Of a stretch of 64,000 nt of DNA, positions 42,586-56,132 are shown one piece after another. Under the pieces are notes generated by a model that was not told where the DNA came from, searched no databases, and was given only the letters and a program-made list of their open reading frames with translations. Position numbers and translations under genes: made by a program. This DNA comes from Octopus vulgaris (taxonomy: Eukaryota): the NCBI GenBank assembly GCA_951406725.2, contig OX597822.1:33914001-33978000 (forward strand). Direction: 5' to 3'. Numbering within the stretch: position 1 is the first letter of the stretch; each line of letters opens with the position of its first letter.

Positions 42586-44608
42586 GATGAAATGGCGCTG
42601 AAACCGATTTTCCTTTCATCCTATCCGAGGTCGATAAAATAAGTACCAGTGGAACACTGGGATCCATGTAATTGACTAGCTCCCTCCCCTCAAAGTTCTG
42701 GCTTTGTGCCTACAGTAGAAAAGATCATCATCATCATCATCATTATTATTTGTAGTAATATGCTTTTGTAAGTAGGTAGAAAGAAGCAAAGTGATGTCCT
42801 TGGCCGTGGGCTTTTCGTGCCGTGTCTGGCGCTATGCACTAAGCAACAAGATAATCACCCAGGGCGCTCAAATCTGTGGGCGTCTTACAAATTCTGAACA
42901 ATTAGATAAAATTTCTTATTTCAATTAAAAATCACAGCTTTTTGAAGGACATAAAAGTAAACAATAAAAAGAAATTGTGGCAAATATTTTCATACATTTA
43001 GTCATGGTATTTACCGAATTTGCGCTTTTTTCTCTTATTTTTAAATATATCAAAAAACTGCCCTGCGTCTAATGCAGTATTAAGGATAGGAGAGTGAAGG
43101 TGCGTGGTTTGGTGGTTAGGGTACTCGACTTACGATCGTATGGTCGTGAGTTCGATTCCCAGTGGTGCAGTGAATCCTTGGAAAAGACACTTGATTTCAC
43201 GTTGATTCAGTCCAGCTGGCAAAAATGAATAGTACTTGTATTTCGAGGGGCCAGCCTTGTCACATTCTATGTCATGTTGAGTTCTCAGCCACTTGTAAGT
43301 TAATTGCACGAACAGGCTGATTCGTTGATCGAATCAACTGGAAAACTCATCACCGTAACCGACGGAGTACCAGTTGTTTCACAGATAGGAGACCGATTGT
43401 CTTCGGCTAAATAAAGAACCGGATGAGACACAATGTCTTTGAGACACAATGACTGTTACTTTTAAGAAACATATTTTAATTATCTAAAAATTCTCCAAGA
43501 AAGATTAATACAATATTAACAAACTTTCATCCTCTGATAGCTATTTGCAATGAGTGGATGACAACAAAATCATAGCAGTGGTGCGCCACCATGGAGACCA
43601 GCAGCGGTTACATAAAATATCACAGCCAGAAATATGAGTTTTACATCGTGTATGACGATTCTCTTGATAAATAAACAGTTGATCTGAAAGGAGATGAAAC
43701 TGAGATACAAAACTCCCATAATGTAATTTATTTGTGATAAATTTAAGATTTCATACTTTATTCCAGGATACTGTCACAAAACTTTACATGCACTGAATCA
43801 TACATTTTACCCTAGCAAAATACCTTTTGGTAAGTTTAGGATAAAATATATTAAATTTACGTTTATGAATTTGTGTTGCAAGACTCCTGATGTGAAATCG
43901 TATGCCCACAAAATATACGTGTAAAAGAGGGATGCCTCTTATGCGAGATTGCGTCTTATACACTGGCAAATACGGTATATGTCACCGAGGAATTGCTGTT
44001 GTTAAATCTGAGTATATTCATATTTAACATGTTTGTGTACACTCAAACGTGGAGAGACTTTTGCTGTAGAAGTTATTTCAGAAGAAAAATTCTCCTTATA
44101 AATGATGCATGTGATAATACACCGAACCGGAGTTTAACCACCTATTATTCTTTACTTTAATCGTCAAGCATTTATAACTGAGAGAATGAAGTGCACTTTG
44201 TAAGGCGCTGAATACCTTGGCACCGGTTCCTGGATTTCGTCCTTTCATTTTAAAAATTCTTTTATTTGTTTTATTCCTTGGATTGCTGTCATTCTAGGCA
44301 CCACCTTGAAGGGTTTTGTCGATCAAATCAACTCTAGTATATATCTTTTAAGTCTAATATTTAATTTATTAGTCTCTTGTCAAAGTGTTAATTTACAGAA
44401 ACGCAAACAAACCAACACCGTTTGTCGAGCGATGGGAAAACCAAAGAACCCTTCATGTGTGTGTGTGTGTGTGAATACATCGGGTTTCCACATAGAAACT
44501 TTTTATGTTATATCTACCGTTTTGGTCGATTTCTTTATTCTCGAGAAAACCCCCTTTGTGGTGTCTTTGTACTTCGTCTTTCTTGTCCTCAATATCTTAG
44601 ATCCTTGT

Positions 44609-45060
44609 AAGGCAATGAGCTGGCAGAATCGTTAGCACGCCGGGCAAAATGTTTCGGGCTTTTTTCGTCCGTCTGTACGTTCTTAGTTCGAATATTGTGG
44701 AGATCAACTTTGCTTTTTTTCATCGTTCAGGGTAAAAAAAAATGTAAGTGCCAGACAAGTACTGGAGACGATGTGATCCACTCACCCCGTCCCACAAAAA
44801 TTGCTGAGACTTTGTGCCAACATTTGAAAGAATTATTAATGTGAAGTGGCGGGTTGGATGAATTGTCAGCACGCTGGACAAGATGCTTAGCAGTGTATCT
44901 TCTGGCTTTACGTTCTGAGTTCAAATATCGCCTGTGTCGACTTTGACTAACACCTTTTCATGATCGATAAAATAAGTACCAATTGAACACTGGGATCGTT
45001 GTAAATGACTCAAACCCTCTCTCAAAACTGCTAGACATGTGCCAAAATTTGGAACCATTA
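44609..45060 (+). mobile_element. Two adjacent diverged family B SINEs
   Basis: Heads at about 44609 and 44845 with the Nin-like core. Confidence 0.7.
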
Positions 45061-45095
45061 TTATTTTCATTTGTTTGAAACAATTATTAACGGTT

Positions 45096-45162
<67 letters not shown>

Positions 45163-46400
45163 CAGTAGTAGTAGTATAGCAGCAGCAGCAATATTATTAT
45201 TATTAGTAGTAGTAGTGGAGCAATTTGATTTCTAATGGGATATATGTAGCCTCGTTTATCGCCGATTCATTCATTGCTCATCCATGATAACATGGTACGT
45301 TTATTTGTAAACTATGTTATCTTTATCACGGATTGATCTGTAATAACATGAGTTGGTAAATCAATCGAAGATGGCGCTTTTACCACAAAAAAAACACACC
45401 CAAGCAATCACCCACAATGCTCAGCAACCCAGAATGCACTGACTCTCGTTTGTATTTACATAGTCTTATGGTGATGCTGCGTATTTCTTGTAGGAATTTA
45501 CGTGCTCGTAACCATAAACAATTGGGCCAATGATCAGAAAAAATGCGAAGGCATCTGATCCTAGTCAACAAAGCAGACGATTGTATTCTTTACTGGAAAA
45601 GTAGAGATAATCAAGAAAATACGTGACGGTTGAAGCTTCGCTTCTGTGGACCGCGAGTTTCGTGTCAATGAATCAACAATTCGTTCCATTTACGTGTGCG
45701 GAAATGATTCATTTATCACGGATTTATTTAACACTGTTTTTTAGGAATCAAACCTCTGTAACAAACGAGGATAGGTGGATTATATTTTACAAATAAATAT
45801 TTTTAATTGTTACCTTCTATATAGTTGTCAACCACTTCTAATATAACACCACTAGATGAACCAATGCAATGGAACAACAGGCACACTTTTACAGAGTCCA
45901 CCGTGCCCACCTCAGCCGCAGTCACCAAACAGAATCTGATGGCGCACAGAAATTGATTGGACAAAGTGAAGAGGATGAAACATGTTCAGACTATACCCCA
46001 TAGAATTCCACCATTGCATGGCGGGAGGCGGGGTAGTATGATTCTAACCCAAACAAACTATGGCCCGCGGGACTTTCTAAATGGCATTCCTATCGAAAAA
46101 TTACCTTGAGTTGTTTTAGCAGTGCGGCCCACTTAATGATGAACCATGTTTCATGCGGCCCGTTTTTCAAGAGCGGTTACCAATGTCTAATCTAGACAGA
46201 TGGATCTGTGTCTTGTTTCCAGCTGTTCCGCCACCTACCAACCAACATAACATGGGGCTGTTTGTTTACGCTACAAAACCATCAACAAGTGACGTCTTAC
46301 GCAGTCGCCTGATTTGCCAGAAATAGCAACTATATATCCTTCAACTCGCATGTTACCAACTTAAAAATAGAATGACACATAGAACGTGTCCAAGATACAA

Positions 46401-46437
<37 letters not shown>

Positions 46438-47199
46438 AACACACGTATGTATATGACGGAAATAAAATCTTGTCAAGTCACGGCTTTTATATCTTTAGAA
46501 GATATGAAAGCAGTGACTCTTAGATCTTCGAAATTATCATCATCATCATCATCATCATCAACAACAACAACAACAACTGCAGCATTAAAGATAAAATAGA
46601 TGGCGCCATAAGTCTCTTTCAAAACTATTTCTATACTGAAATCGAAAGGAACGTTAGTGGAATATCTACATCTTCCCCACGTCCACTAATTTTTATATAA
46701 TGTACCAGATGAAAGCCATCGTATATTGTCCGCGCTATGAAGCAAATTCGGAAAGGAAATATAAATTTAAAATAAAATCCAAACGTTTGTGCGAAACCAT
46801 TATTAACAAAATAAAATATAAAATTAAATTTACTTTGTTTATGTTTTAAACCATAGTGATAACTTACACGCTTTGGTTGTGTCACGGAGAGATATCACTT
46901 GAATAGACTGGGTTAGGAATATAACCAGACTTGTTTTATTAGTTTGTTTGTACGTGTGTGTGTGTGCGCGTTATAGTGCGTTTATATACGTCTATCGATA
47001 TATCTAACTATCTATCTATCTAGCTAGCTAGCTATTTACACACATACCCCTCTACCCGTCATACTTATAGGCTGGGCCAAAAGTCACGCACAAAATAAGC
47101 ACAATACGCTACGGAATTGCCAAAGACATGCTTCAGTTTGTCTACACTTGAATAAAAGGAATAAAATGTGGTGAATACACACGTACATGATGAACAAAA

Positions 47200-47449
<250 letters not shown>

Positions 47450-47725
47450 TCCTTTTTACTAAAGGTACAATGCCTGAAAATTTGGGGGAAGGGACTAGTC
47501 GATTACGTCGATCCCCTGTGTTTTACTGGTACTTAATTTATCGAGCCTGAAAAGATGGAAGGATGAAAGGCAAAGTCGACCTCGGCGCAATTTAAACTCA
47601 GAACCTGAAGATGGGTGAAATACCGCTAAGCATTTCGTCCAGCGTGCTAACGATTTTGTCAGTTCACCGCATTTAGAAGAGCGATAATTGATATTCACTA
47701 CATGGTATTTTAATCTTATTTCCAG

Positions 47726-47879
47726 GTTTTGTCCAAGTGTTTTCCTGTATTTGGCGTACAGTCTACCACCAATATGGTTACTGGAACTTGACCTGCTCAA
47801 GAGAAGAATGGATCATCGCGTCTCTGGAGGAACAAGGACTCCGTCAGAAGTTCAAAACCTCTCCCTGCTGGCATCAAAC
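47726..47879 (+). CDS. TMEM26: TMEM26-like, second coding exon
   Basis: Acceptor ttatttccAG at 47724-47725; the first G completes the split Trp codon; then FCPSVFLYLAYSLPPIWLLELDLL (TMEM26 motif F.P..FLYL....P..WLLEL). Donor AAC|GTATCCTC at 47880 gives phase 0, compatible with the next exon. The 3' boundary is less certain. Confidence 0.85.
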
Positions 47880-48234
47880 GTATCCTCCTTCGTTATTTAA
47901 ACATTAAAAATATTTCTTGCTTCCTTGTCTTTATTTTTAAAACTAATACTTAGCCTTCTATCCTTTATCCGTTTCTCGTTACAGTCATTGATCTAAGGCC
48001 ATGCTGGAGCACAGTCTTAAAGGGTTTAATAGAGAAAATTGATCCCAGTTCTTATTTTTCTTTTTTAAAGTTCGGTACTTACTCTACCGCTCTCTTTCAC
48101 TGAACCGCTAAGTTGCGGGGACGTAAACAAGCCAACAATGCTTGTCAAGCGGTAGGGTAGGATAACAAACACAAACGTTCATATACAGACTCACACACAT
48201 ACATGTGTGTGTGCGCCTACATGCGTGTGTGTGG

Positions 48235-48285
<51 letters not shown>

Positions 48286-49201
48286 TGTGTGTGTGTGTGT
48301 GAGCAGTTGATAAAAGAAACGGAAAATGGAGTCAATACGAATCTTTGTTCAGCACGACAATCTTTTCGACCCATCCTGCATCTGTCCCTTAGAGGTAGGA
48401 TATTGTGCATCTTGTTGTGCTGCATCATCATCATCATCTTCTTCTTCTTCTTCTTCTTCTTCTTCTTCTTCTTCTTCTTCTTCTTCTTCTTCTTCTTCTT
48501 CTTCTTCTTCTTCTTCTTCTTCTTCTTCTTCTTCTTCTTCTTCCAATCAGGACTCACGCCATTAGCCACAAAGAATAATCTCTAATTCGAACCTACTCTA
48601 AGCTACTAAGAATGTGTGTGGCAACTTGAAGATCCACCCACAACACGCGATAGACTGACGGTTGCACGGGTGCGAAAGTTACGTTGTTATCCTCATTCCG
48701 TAAACGGTGGCTTTTAAAGGGTGGAGAGCTGAACCATCCTGGGCAACAGACGATTCACAATCTAGATTAGGGTCTGAAAGTTTACCACACCATAGTGGTT
48801 TACTTACACCATGGTTCCTCTGCCTTGTGGCAGAAGTAGGAAGAAAGAGTGAGAGAAAGTTGTGGTGAAAGAGTACAGCGGGGTTCACTCCCAACCCCAC
48901 CCCGTCAGAGCCTCGTGGAGTTTAGGTGTTTTTTGCTCAATAAACACTCACAACACTCACAATGTGTTGCATGAATCAGTGCAGGCTGTGTCACTTCAGA
49001 TGCTTGGTGTAGAAAAAAGATACCCCATAAGATGTACTGAGATCTCCTTGGCATGTTGTTCTGGCTATTTGTACATTGGTACACTGACAGTGGGTCGGAT
49101 AAGTTTGGGGTTACAAGGGTTAAATGGGGCTAGTGATAGTTGACCGTGAATATATAACATCTGTGTGGGGGGGGTGAATCTATGGGCTTCCACTCAGTTT
49201 C

Positions 49202-49620
49202 TTATTTCTTTATTGCCCACAAGGAGCTAAACATAGAGGGGACAAACAAGGACAGACAAAGGGATTAAGTCGAGTACATCGACCCCAGTGCGTAACTGGT
49301 TCTTAATTTATCGACCCCGAAAGGGTGAAAGGCAAAGTCGACCTCGGCGGAATTTGAACTCAGAATGTAACGGCAGACGAAATACCTATTTCTTTACTAC
49401 CCACAAGGGGTTAAATACAGAGAGAACATATAAGGACAGACAAATGGATTAAGTCGATTATATCGACTCCAGTACGTAGCTGGTACTTAATTTATTGACC
49501 CCGAAAGAATGAAAGGCAAAGTGAACCTCGGCGGAATTTGAACTCACAGCCTTGCGACAGGTGAAATACCGCTAAGCATTATCGCCCCGCTTGCTCACGT
49601 TTCTGCCAGCTCGCCGCCTT
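49202..49620 (-). mobile_element. Family B SINE dimer inserted in a family C SINE
   Basis: One head, two bodies; direct repeat CACTCAGTTTCT at both junctions. Confidence 0.8.
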
Positions 49621-51063
49621 AACACTCAGTTTCTATCTACCAAATTCGCTCACGAGGAATTGGTCGTCCTGGAGCTATACCAGATGACATTTGCTCAAGG
49701 TGCCGCGCAGTGACACTGAACTTGAAATCACGTGGTTGTAAATCGAGCTTCTTAACCGATGCCTGCAACTAACAAATAAATAATATTCCTATAAATAGTA
49801 CATCTTTAGTTCGCTGTGTGGGTTTAGGACACGTGATACAAACACAGAAATTAGATGATGAGATAATATTTTCAACAGATGGCGCTGCATTAGCATAGCT
49901 GTTCAGCCTCGTTAACTGGAAATGGTAAAAGAGGAAGAGTAAATGAACAGTAGAATTGTAGAATTTTATCTGTATCTGATAATAATCTATCTTTCAGACA
50001 GTTTACATACAAACATACATATGTACATACGAACACACTTACACACATACACACGCGCACGAACCCACGCGCGCGCGTGCACTCATACGCACGCAATTAG
50101 GCGAGCGCGTGTGTGCGGTGGATCTCCGTTTCGGTCGACGATAAGTATTCACTTGTTCGATCGACTAAATTTCCTGTGACTTAGTATTCTTTAGGCAGAT
50201 ATGTCTGCAAGTGACATAGTGCATGATAAGACTGTACCTCTTTAATTACGGGTATAATCCACCCGATGGGCTTCAATGCATTTTCCATCTACCTAATTTT
50301 TTCGCTCACAAATGTGGGTCACAAGATTCCACTCAGAGAGAGAGAGAGATCGAAGTTAACTTGTTGACCTTTCGGCTAGGTGTTTTTACTCAATAAACAC
50401 TCACAATGCGCGGTCTGGGAATCGAAACCGCGTTCTTACGACGGCGAGTCCGCTGCCCTAACCACTGGGCCATTGCACCTCCACCACGGTTGTTGTTGGA
50501 AAGATGGTTGATAATCTTGTGGGTGTCTACCAAGACAGTTACCAGACGTCTGAGCTTCAACCTGTCCATGCTCAAGGAAGCAAGACGTTCAGAGTATGGT
50601 AGATGCCTGAAGACGGGTTTTCGCTTTGTTGCACGTTTTCTTCTTTATATAAAGAACTGGCGCTGAAACCTAATGAATCTTGAATCAAAACGCATGAACC
50701 ATGTCTTATTAAGTGCCAACAACCTTCAATTTATTTTGCACCGGCTGCATAGAATTATATTTCATCTAATTAAAGCATAGAATGCACTGGACACCAACTA
50801 GGACAGCTACGTACAGGTCTTATCATATATCTTTAATCTGTCATGTTAAACGTATTTCAATCATTAGACTGCAGCCATGCTGGGGCACCGCCTTGAATAA
50901 TTTTTAGTCGAACGAATCAACCCCAGGACTTTTTAAAGCTTGATACTTATTCTGCCAGTCGCCTTTTATCGAACCGTTATGTTATGGGAATGTAAACACA
51001 CCAACACCGGTTTTTCAAGCGGTGGTGCAGGACAAAGAAACAAAGACACACAAACACACACAC

Positions 51064-51123
<60 letters not shown>

Positions 51124-51318
51124 GACGCGCTTCTTCCAGTTTCCGTCTACCAAATCCACTCGCATGGATTTAGTCGGCCCGAAGCTACAGTAGAAGACAC
51201 TCACCCCAATGTGTCACGCAGTGGAACTGAACCCGAACCATGTGGCTGGGAAACAAATTTCTTACCACACAGCCACGCCTGCGCATATATGTGTGTGTGA
51301 GTGCGTGTATGTGTGTGT

Positions 51319-51407
<89 letters not shown>

Positions 51408-51871
51408 TGTTTGTGTGTGTCTCTGTGTGTGTGTCTAAAATAAAATAAGATTTTTATTTTGGGATGGTACACTATAGGACCTTCAGAATGCGATACTTTA
51501 CTTCTCAATTAGCAAGTTTGACGAAGTAATACCAGTTAAATTTTGGGGTTGGCTTATCGCCCACATCACTTCCTTACAAATATGTGGCTTTGTGTAAAGT
51601 CAGAAATCCTTATCATCCTTTTTTATAATCCTTATTGTAGGATCCCCGTCGATTAATACTGATTATATATCTATACGTATATGTGACCACATGGGCAAAA
51701 ATTTTCGATTTAAACAAGCATAACCATGCATGTAAATCTTCTGTCTTTACTCCATTGATATTTTTCCCAGAGAAAAACCATTAATCTAGTTTGGCACTAG
51801 TGTTATCGTTATTAAGATACAAGAGCCGGAACAAATACCGCAAGGCATCCGGTCGACGTTCTTCTTTTCTT

Positions 51872-52169
51872 TTCGCCCTTTTTCAAGCCTAGCCAGGCTC
51901 AGGGGCCCGGTTTCCCGGTTTCTGTGTTCTCCCCAGCTGGACGGGACGCCAGTCCATCGCAGCGTTACTCAAGAAACATTAAGAAAGAGTGAGAGAAAGT
52001 TGGGGCGAAAGAGTACAACAGGGGTCACCACCACCCCCTGCCGGAGCCTCGTGGAGCTTTTAGGTGTTTTCGCTCAATAAATACACACAACGCCCGGTCT
52101 GGGAATCAAAACCGCGATTCTCCGACCGCGAGTCCGCTGCCCTAACCACTGGGCCATTGCGCCTCCACA
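51872..52169 (-). mobile_element. Family A SINE (tail type 2)
   Basis: Family A head and core followed by the CTGCGATGGACTGGCGTCCCGTCCAG...GAAACCGGG tail; related copy at 62761-63090. Confidence 0.85.
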
Positions 52170-52599
52170 GTCGCCGTTCTCACAGTTCTGCTAATCTACC
52201 TCCTAGGATTGGTGCTTCTCCAAACGACCCCAAAAAGATAAAAAGCAAAGTTGACCATGATGGGATTTGAATTCAGGGCGCATAGAAAGCCGGAGGCATT
52301 TTAACCAACGCTTTCGGCCAATGCGCTGCCTTTATTTTCCGTATCATCTTCAAGTTTTAACAGTTTTTATATTAGTTTCTGTTGCATTCTCTGTTGCACC
52401 TCCGTGTTCTTTAAATGTGTACAGCATTGAATCTTGGAAGAAGATGATTGTGCTCGTATGTCACATTCGTTTTTGATCTTTACTGCATTATGCCTCTTCT
52501 ATAGATTTTGAAGAAATTCAGATGGGTTTTAATCCTGATTTTCCAAAACATTAAGGAATTTTGAAAAAAATTAGTATCATTTCCGTGATTTGTAACTAA

Positions 52600-54022
52600 G
52601 GGTCTATAAGAATTGACACATTCATTTTCAGGCACAGCAAATGGTCTCATTTTATGGAAGGATCATGTTGACATGCTCTTGAGGAGAAATCGAAAAAGGG
52701 GATAGCTTCTGTAATTCAAAAACTTTAGCAAATCTTAAAAGAAACGAGTATGGTCATTGTAATCAGCGACTTAAATTTAGAAAAAGGATCGATTTATTTT
52801 GGTTCTGGTACATTTTGGATGTTAGTACTGATTTCACTCTCATACCACAGGTTTTGCTTATTTCTGGTTCAAGATCCATCTAATTTTACAACTTCTCGAC
52901 AACCTTCCTGGTGATGTTTTCGTCAGAAGGCTTCGAAATACCATTCGTTTCTGTCCGTCATAATTTGAGTGAGTGCAGATGTCTTCTCTCGTGACTAAGA
53001 CTGAGCAGAGATAATTCGGCCAAGTGTTTCTACTTGACCTCCACATCTATTCTCCATTTAGTTAACATACTCTGCTTTAATAAGCGCCTTTTGGTGATTT
53101 CTGGCAAGTAGATTTCGCTCATATGTTGCAGCTAGGAGTCCTTCAATTTCAGCTTTGAGTCTATGCTTCTCAACCAATGCTACAATGTTTCTTTGTCGAT
53201 TTATCTCTCTTATTTTGTTTTACCATTTTTTGATCTCAATCGAACATTTTACCATCATTTTCGAATGGCAGCCTTTAATGTCAGTTTTATCTTTTTCCCT
53301 TTCCTTCAAAACAATCTATCATTTCAGTTTTTGTTTTATATTTATTCAATTCGTTGTATTAGTTTTCCTGTTCTATTTCGTTTATTTACTAGATATTTTC
53401 GTAATCCCACAATAGTTCTCTAGTCGCATAAGGACCTTACCATCTTGTATTCAGGGAAAAATAGAATCTTTCTGCATTATATTTTGAGTGGTGTTTTCTG
53501 AATACACTTATTATATCCCATTGTATGTGTTTTAATTTACTTGTATATAAATGTTAACTTACTTGGCGGCGTTAAGAATATTATAATAATAACTAGGATA
53601 TTTGAATCCGATTATCTTACCGTCTGTATTTAGTTCTGTTCTGAGTATTTATTTGATAAATCTATAATATTCTTCCTAACTTTTTCTTTCGTTTGCCCAG
53701 TTCATTGATTCCTAAGTGCTTGTAACTCTGTGTTTATTGTAATTATCTTATCACAGAGTCTATTTCTAGTATGAAATTTAATGTACTTAATTTTCCCTTC
53801 TACAAGATTACATTAGCGCATTTTTCCACTTGGAGAAGCACTTATCAGTTCCTTGAGTAAATCAATGTACTGTCTGTAGCAGTATATCTAGTTGTTTATC
53901 ATCTGCGATGTATAACACGAGGTCGTCCATGTGCAAAAGATAGCCGATTGACTTCCTATTCCAACGTTTTACAACATACTATTTTCGAGTCCAATCTGGC
54001 TTTGAGCATTGGTTAAAAAGGA

Positions 54023-54023
<1 letters not shown>
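52600..54023 (-). pseudogene. Ancient degraded R4/Dong-like element
   Basis: GYLLHMDDLVLY (RT YMDD-like motif), KKCA and LAATYERNLLARN (AAQEQ.L.TRN-like); many disablements. Left boundary uncertain. Confidence 0.55.
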
Positions 54024-54079
<56 letters not shown>

Positions 54080-54614
54080 CTGTTGAAAATTCACAGCTTA
54101 TTTTGCTGGGTATGATGGAAAGTGTCAGCTGTCCACAGCAGGCAGACTAAGGTGACATTTGTTTACTGGTCATGCTTCAAGAACCCCGCGAAGAATTCTT
54201 GCAGTTCTAAGCAATGTTGATTTTTTTTGTAGGTGTTCTACCTTCACATTTGCACCAGTCTTTTTCAGCCATGTTGGTAGTTGAGCGCTGATACTTCCAA
54301 GTGCACCAATTACTATTGTTATCATGTCTTCTCTCTTCACTGATCACAACCTTCGTGTTTCCCCACTTCAAATCATCATAGTTATTTATTTTCGCTTCTT
54401 CTTTCACATTTATCCTGTCGTCACCGGGGCATGCTATGTTCTTTCTTTTTTTTATTCACCACAACAATATCCAGTTTCCGATGTCTGGTCAGGTGATCGC
54501 ACTGGATCATTGCATCCAACAGGATTTTGCAATTCTCATTTTCGGTGACTCCTGGGGTTTGCTGATACCACGTCTTTGCTCTTTGTAGGCCGTAATTTCC
54601 ACAGAGTTCCCAAT
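54080..54614 (-). mobile_element. 5'-truncated copy of the R4/Dong element seen at 1507-2918
   Basis: Collinear with 2382-2918, same 3' end, trinucleotide tracts on both sides. Confidence 0.9.
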
Positions 54615-54665
54615 ATCATCATCATCATCATCATCGTTGTTGTTGTTGTTGTTATTATTGTTTTG

Positions 54666-54719
<54 letters not shown>

Positions 54720-54736
54720 CATCATCATCATCATCA

Positions 54737-54792
<56 letters not shown>

Positions 54793-54797
54793 TTCAG

Positions 54798-56132
54798 TTC
54801 AAAATTATGTTGGATCCAGAAAAGTGGGTGCGAATTCTTCAGCAAGTGCTTCTCCTCCTGCTTATTATTGGCCGTTGGCTGCTACCGAAAGGAAAGATCT
54901 CAAGAGAACAGCTTTCCCAATTGCTACTGGTCTATATTGGTATGGCAGCTGATATAATTGAACTATTCGAAGCATTCAAAGAAGAAGTGGTCAAATACAA
55001 CTGGACCTTGACCATCGTTATTCTCTCCCTTTGGACGGCCAGTTTGCTGCAATTTACATTTGTGGTCACCACATCGAAAGCGCGCCGTCCACGCCCACTC
55101 TATGTTAAAGAAAAGGTAGAAAACTTAGAAGAAACTAATTCAAATAAGACTAACAAGGGCTTGTGTTGTTGTTGCTGTACTGCAGACATTATATCAATCT
55201 TGACAACTATTATCTTACAGGATGGACCATTCCTTGTGCTACGTATGTTACTAATATTTCGATACAACGTCTTAAGCTACACCAATATATTCTTTACTTC
55301 TAAAAACACTCTCGTCATTTTGCTTCAATTTTACCGCTTGGTTGTTTTGTATTGTGAAAAAAGCAGCATTTGCAAGAATACAGCAAAGAATGATACAACT
55401 ACTGAAAATTCGAAAGTTAACAGCTCGAATTCCACAAGCCAAAAGGCCATCAATAGGAAACCTATAAATACAAAATCTAGCAACAAAAAGAAAAATGGAG
55501 CAAGTATTGAGAATAAAGTTAAAAAGATGAAATCACTCGATAAAGATGATAATAATAAAACGGAAAAACAAAAACACATTAAAAATGAAAGCTCAGCTGT
55601 TAAAAACTCGACATCAGAAGGAAATAATAAAAAGCAAACTGTGCCGTCTTCGAAAAATTTGGAAGAATCTGGTACTACTGAATCTCAGATATCTGAGGAA
55701 CCCGTTACTCCATTACATTCTGTCTCTAGATTCTTGTTGTCGGGATATAATCGAAGTCTTCATGATAATGATTCTGTTAAAGAGGATCTCCCTCAAGTGT
55801 TAGAATTAACAAAAACTTTTGACAATCTTCCTGGTCCTGTTCTGTGGAGTTCTGACGAAGATGAATCGATTCGTTCCAAATCGCCCCAACGTAATCTCAA
55901 AATGCAAAGTAAATCGCACCATCCTGTTAAAGGAAGTTTTTCTTCCCAAGATCCATCAAATATGATTAAAAGAATAAAAGATTCTTCCGGTGACAATTCT
56001 CCTCGGTGGAGCGCCTCACTTAAACAGGAAGAACAAGAACCAATGGATTCAAAAACTGTTGAGCAATCACAAGGTGTGATTCAAAAGCGGAAGTTAATAT
56101 TTCCAAAACTTAATAAAAAGACGCGAAAATAG
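54798..56132 (+). CDS. TMEM26: TMEM26-like, terminal coding exon with long K/N/S-rich C-terminal tail
   Basis: Acceptor ttttcAG at 54796-54797, phase 0. Contains IIGRWLLPKG, SREQLSQLLLVYIGMAADIIE, QDGPFLVLR and KNTLVILLQFYRLVVL, diagnostic of TMEM26. Stop TAG at 56130-56132. Joined CDS is 1710 nt = 569 aa. Confidence 0.93.
   Translation, partial: FKIMLDPEKWVRILQQVLLLLLIIGRWLLPKGKISREQLSQLLLVYIGMAADIIELFEAFKEEVVKYNWTLTIVILSLWTASLLQFTFVVTTSKARRPRPLYVKEKVENLEETNSNKTNKGLCCCCCTADIISILTTIILQDGPFLVLRMLLIFRYNVLSYTNIFFTSKNTLVILLQFYRLVVLYCEKSSICKNTAKNDTTTENSKVNSSNSTSQKAINRKPINTKSSNKKKNGASIENKVKKMKSLDKDDNNKTEKQKHIKNESSAVKNSTSEGNNKKQTVPSSKNLEESGTTESQISEEPVTPLHSVSRFLLSGYNRSLHDNDSVKEDLPQVLELTKTFDNLPGPVLWSSDEDESIRSKSPQRNLKMQSKSHHPVKGSFSSQDPSNMIKRIKDSSGDNSPRWSASLKQEEQEPMDSKTVEQSQGVIQKRKLIFPKLNKKTRK

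Noticed and set aside
54576-54797. N-terminal 74 aa of the 518-aa ORF
   Set aside because: Intronic microsatellite and Dong remnant that happen to be in frame; TMEM26 similarity starts at the acceptor at 54797.
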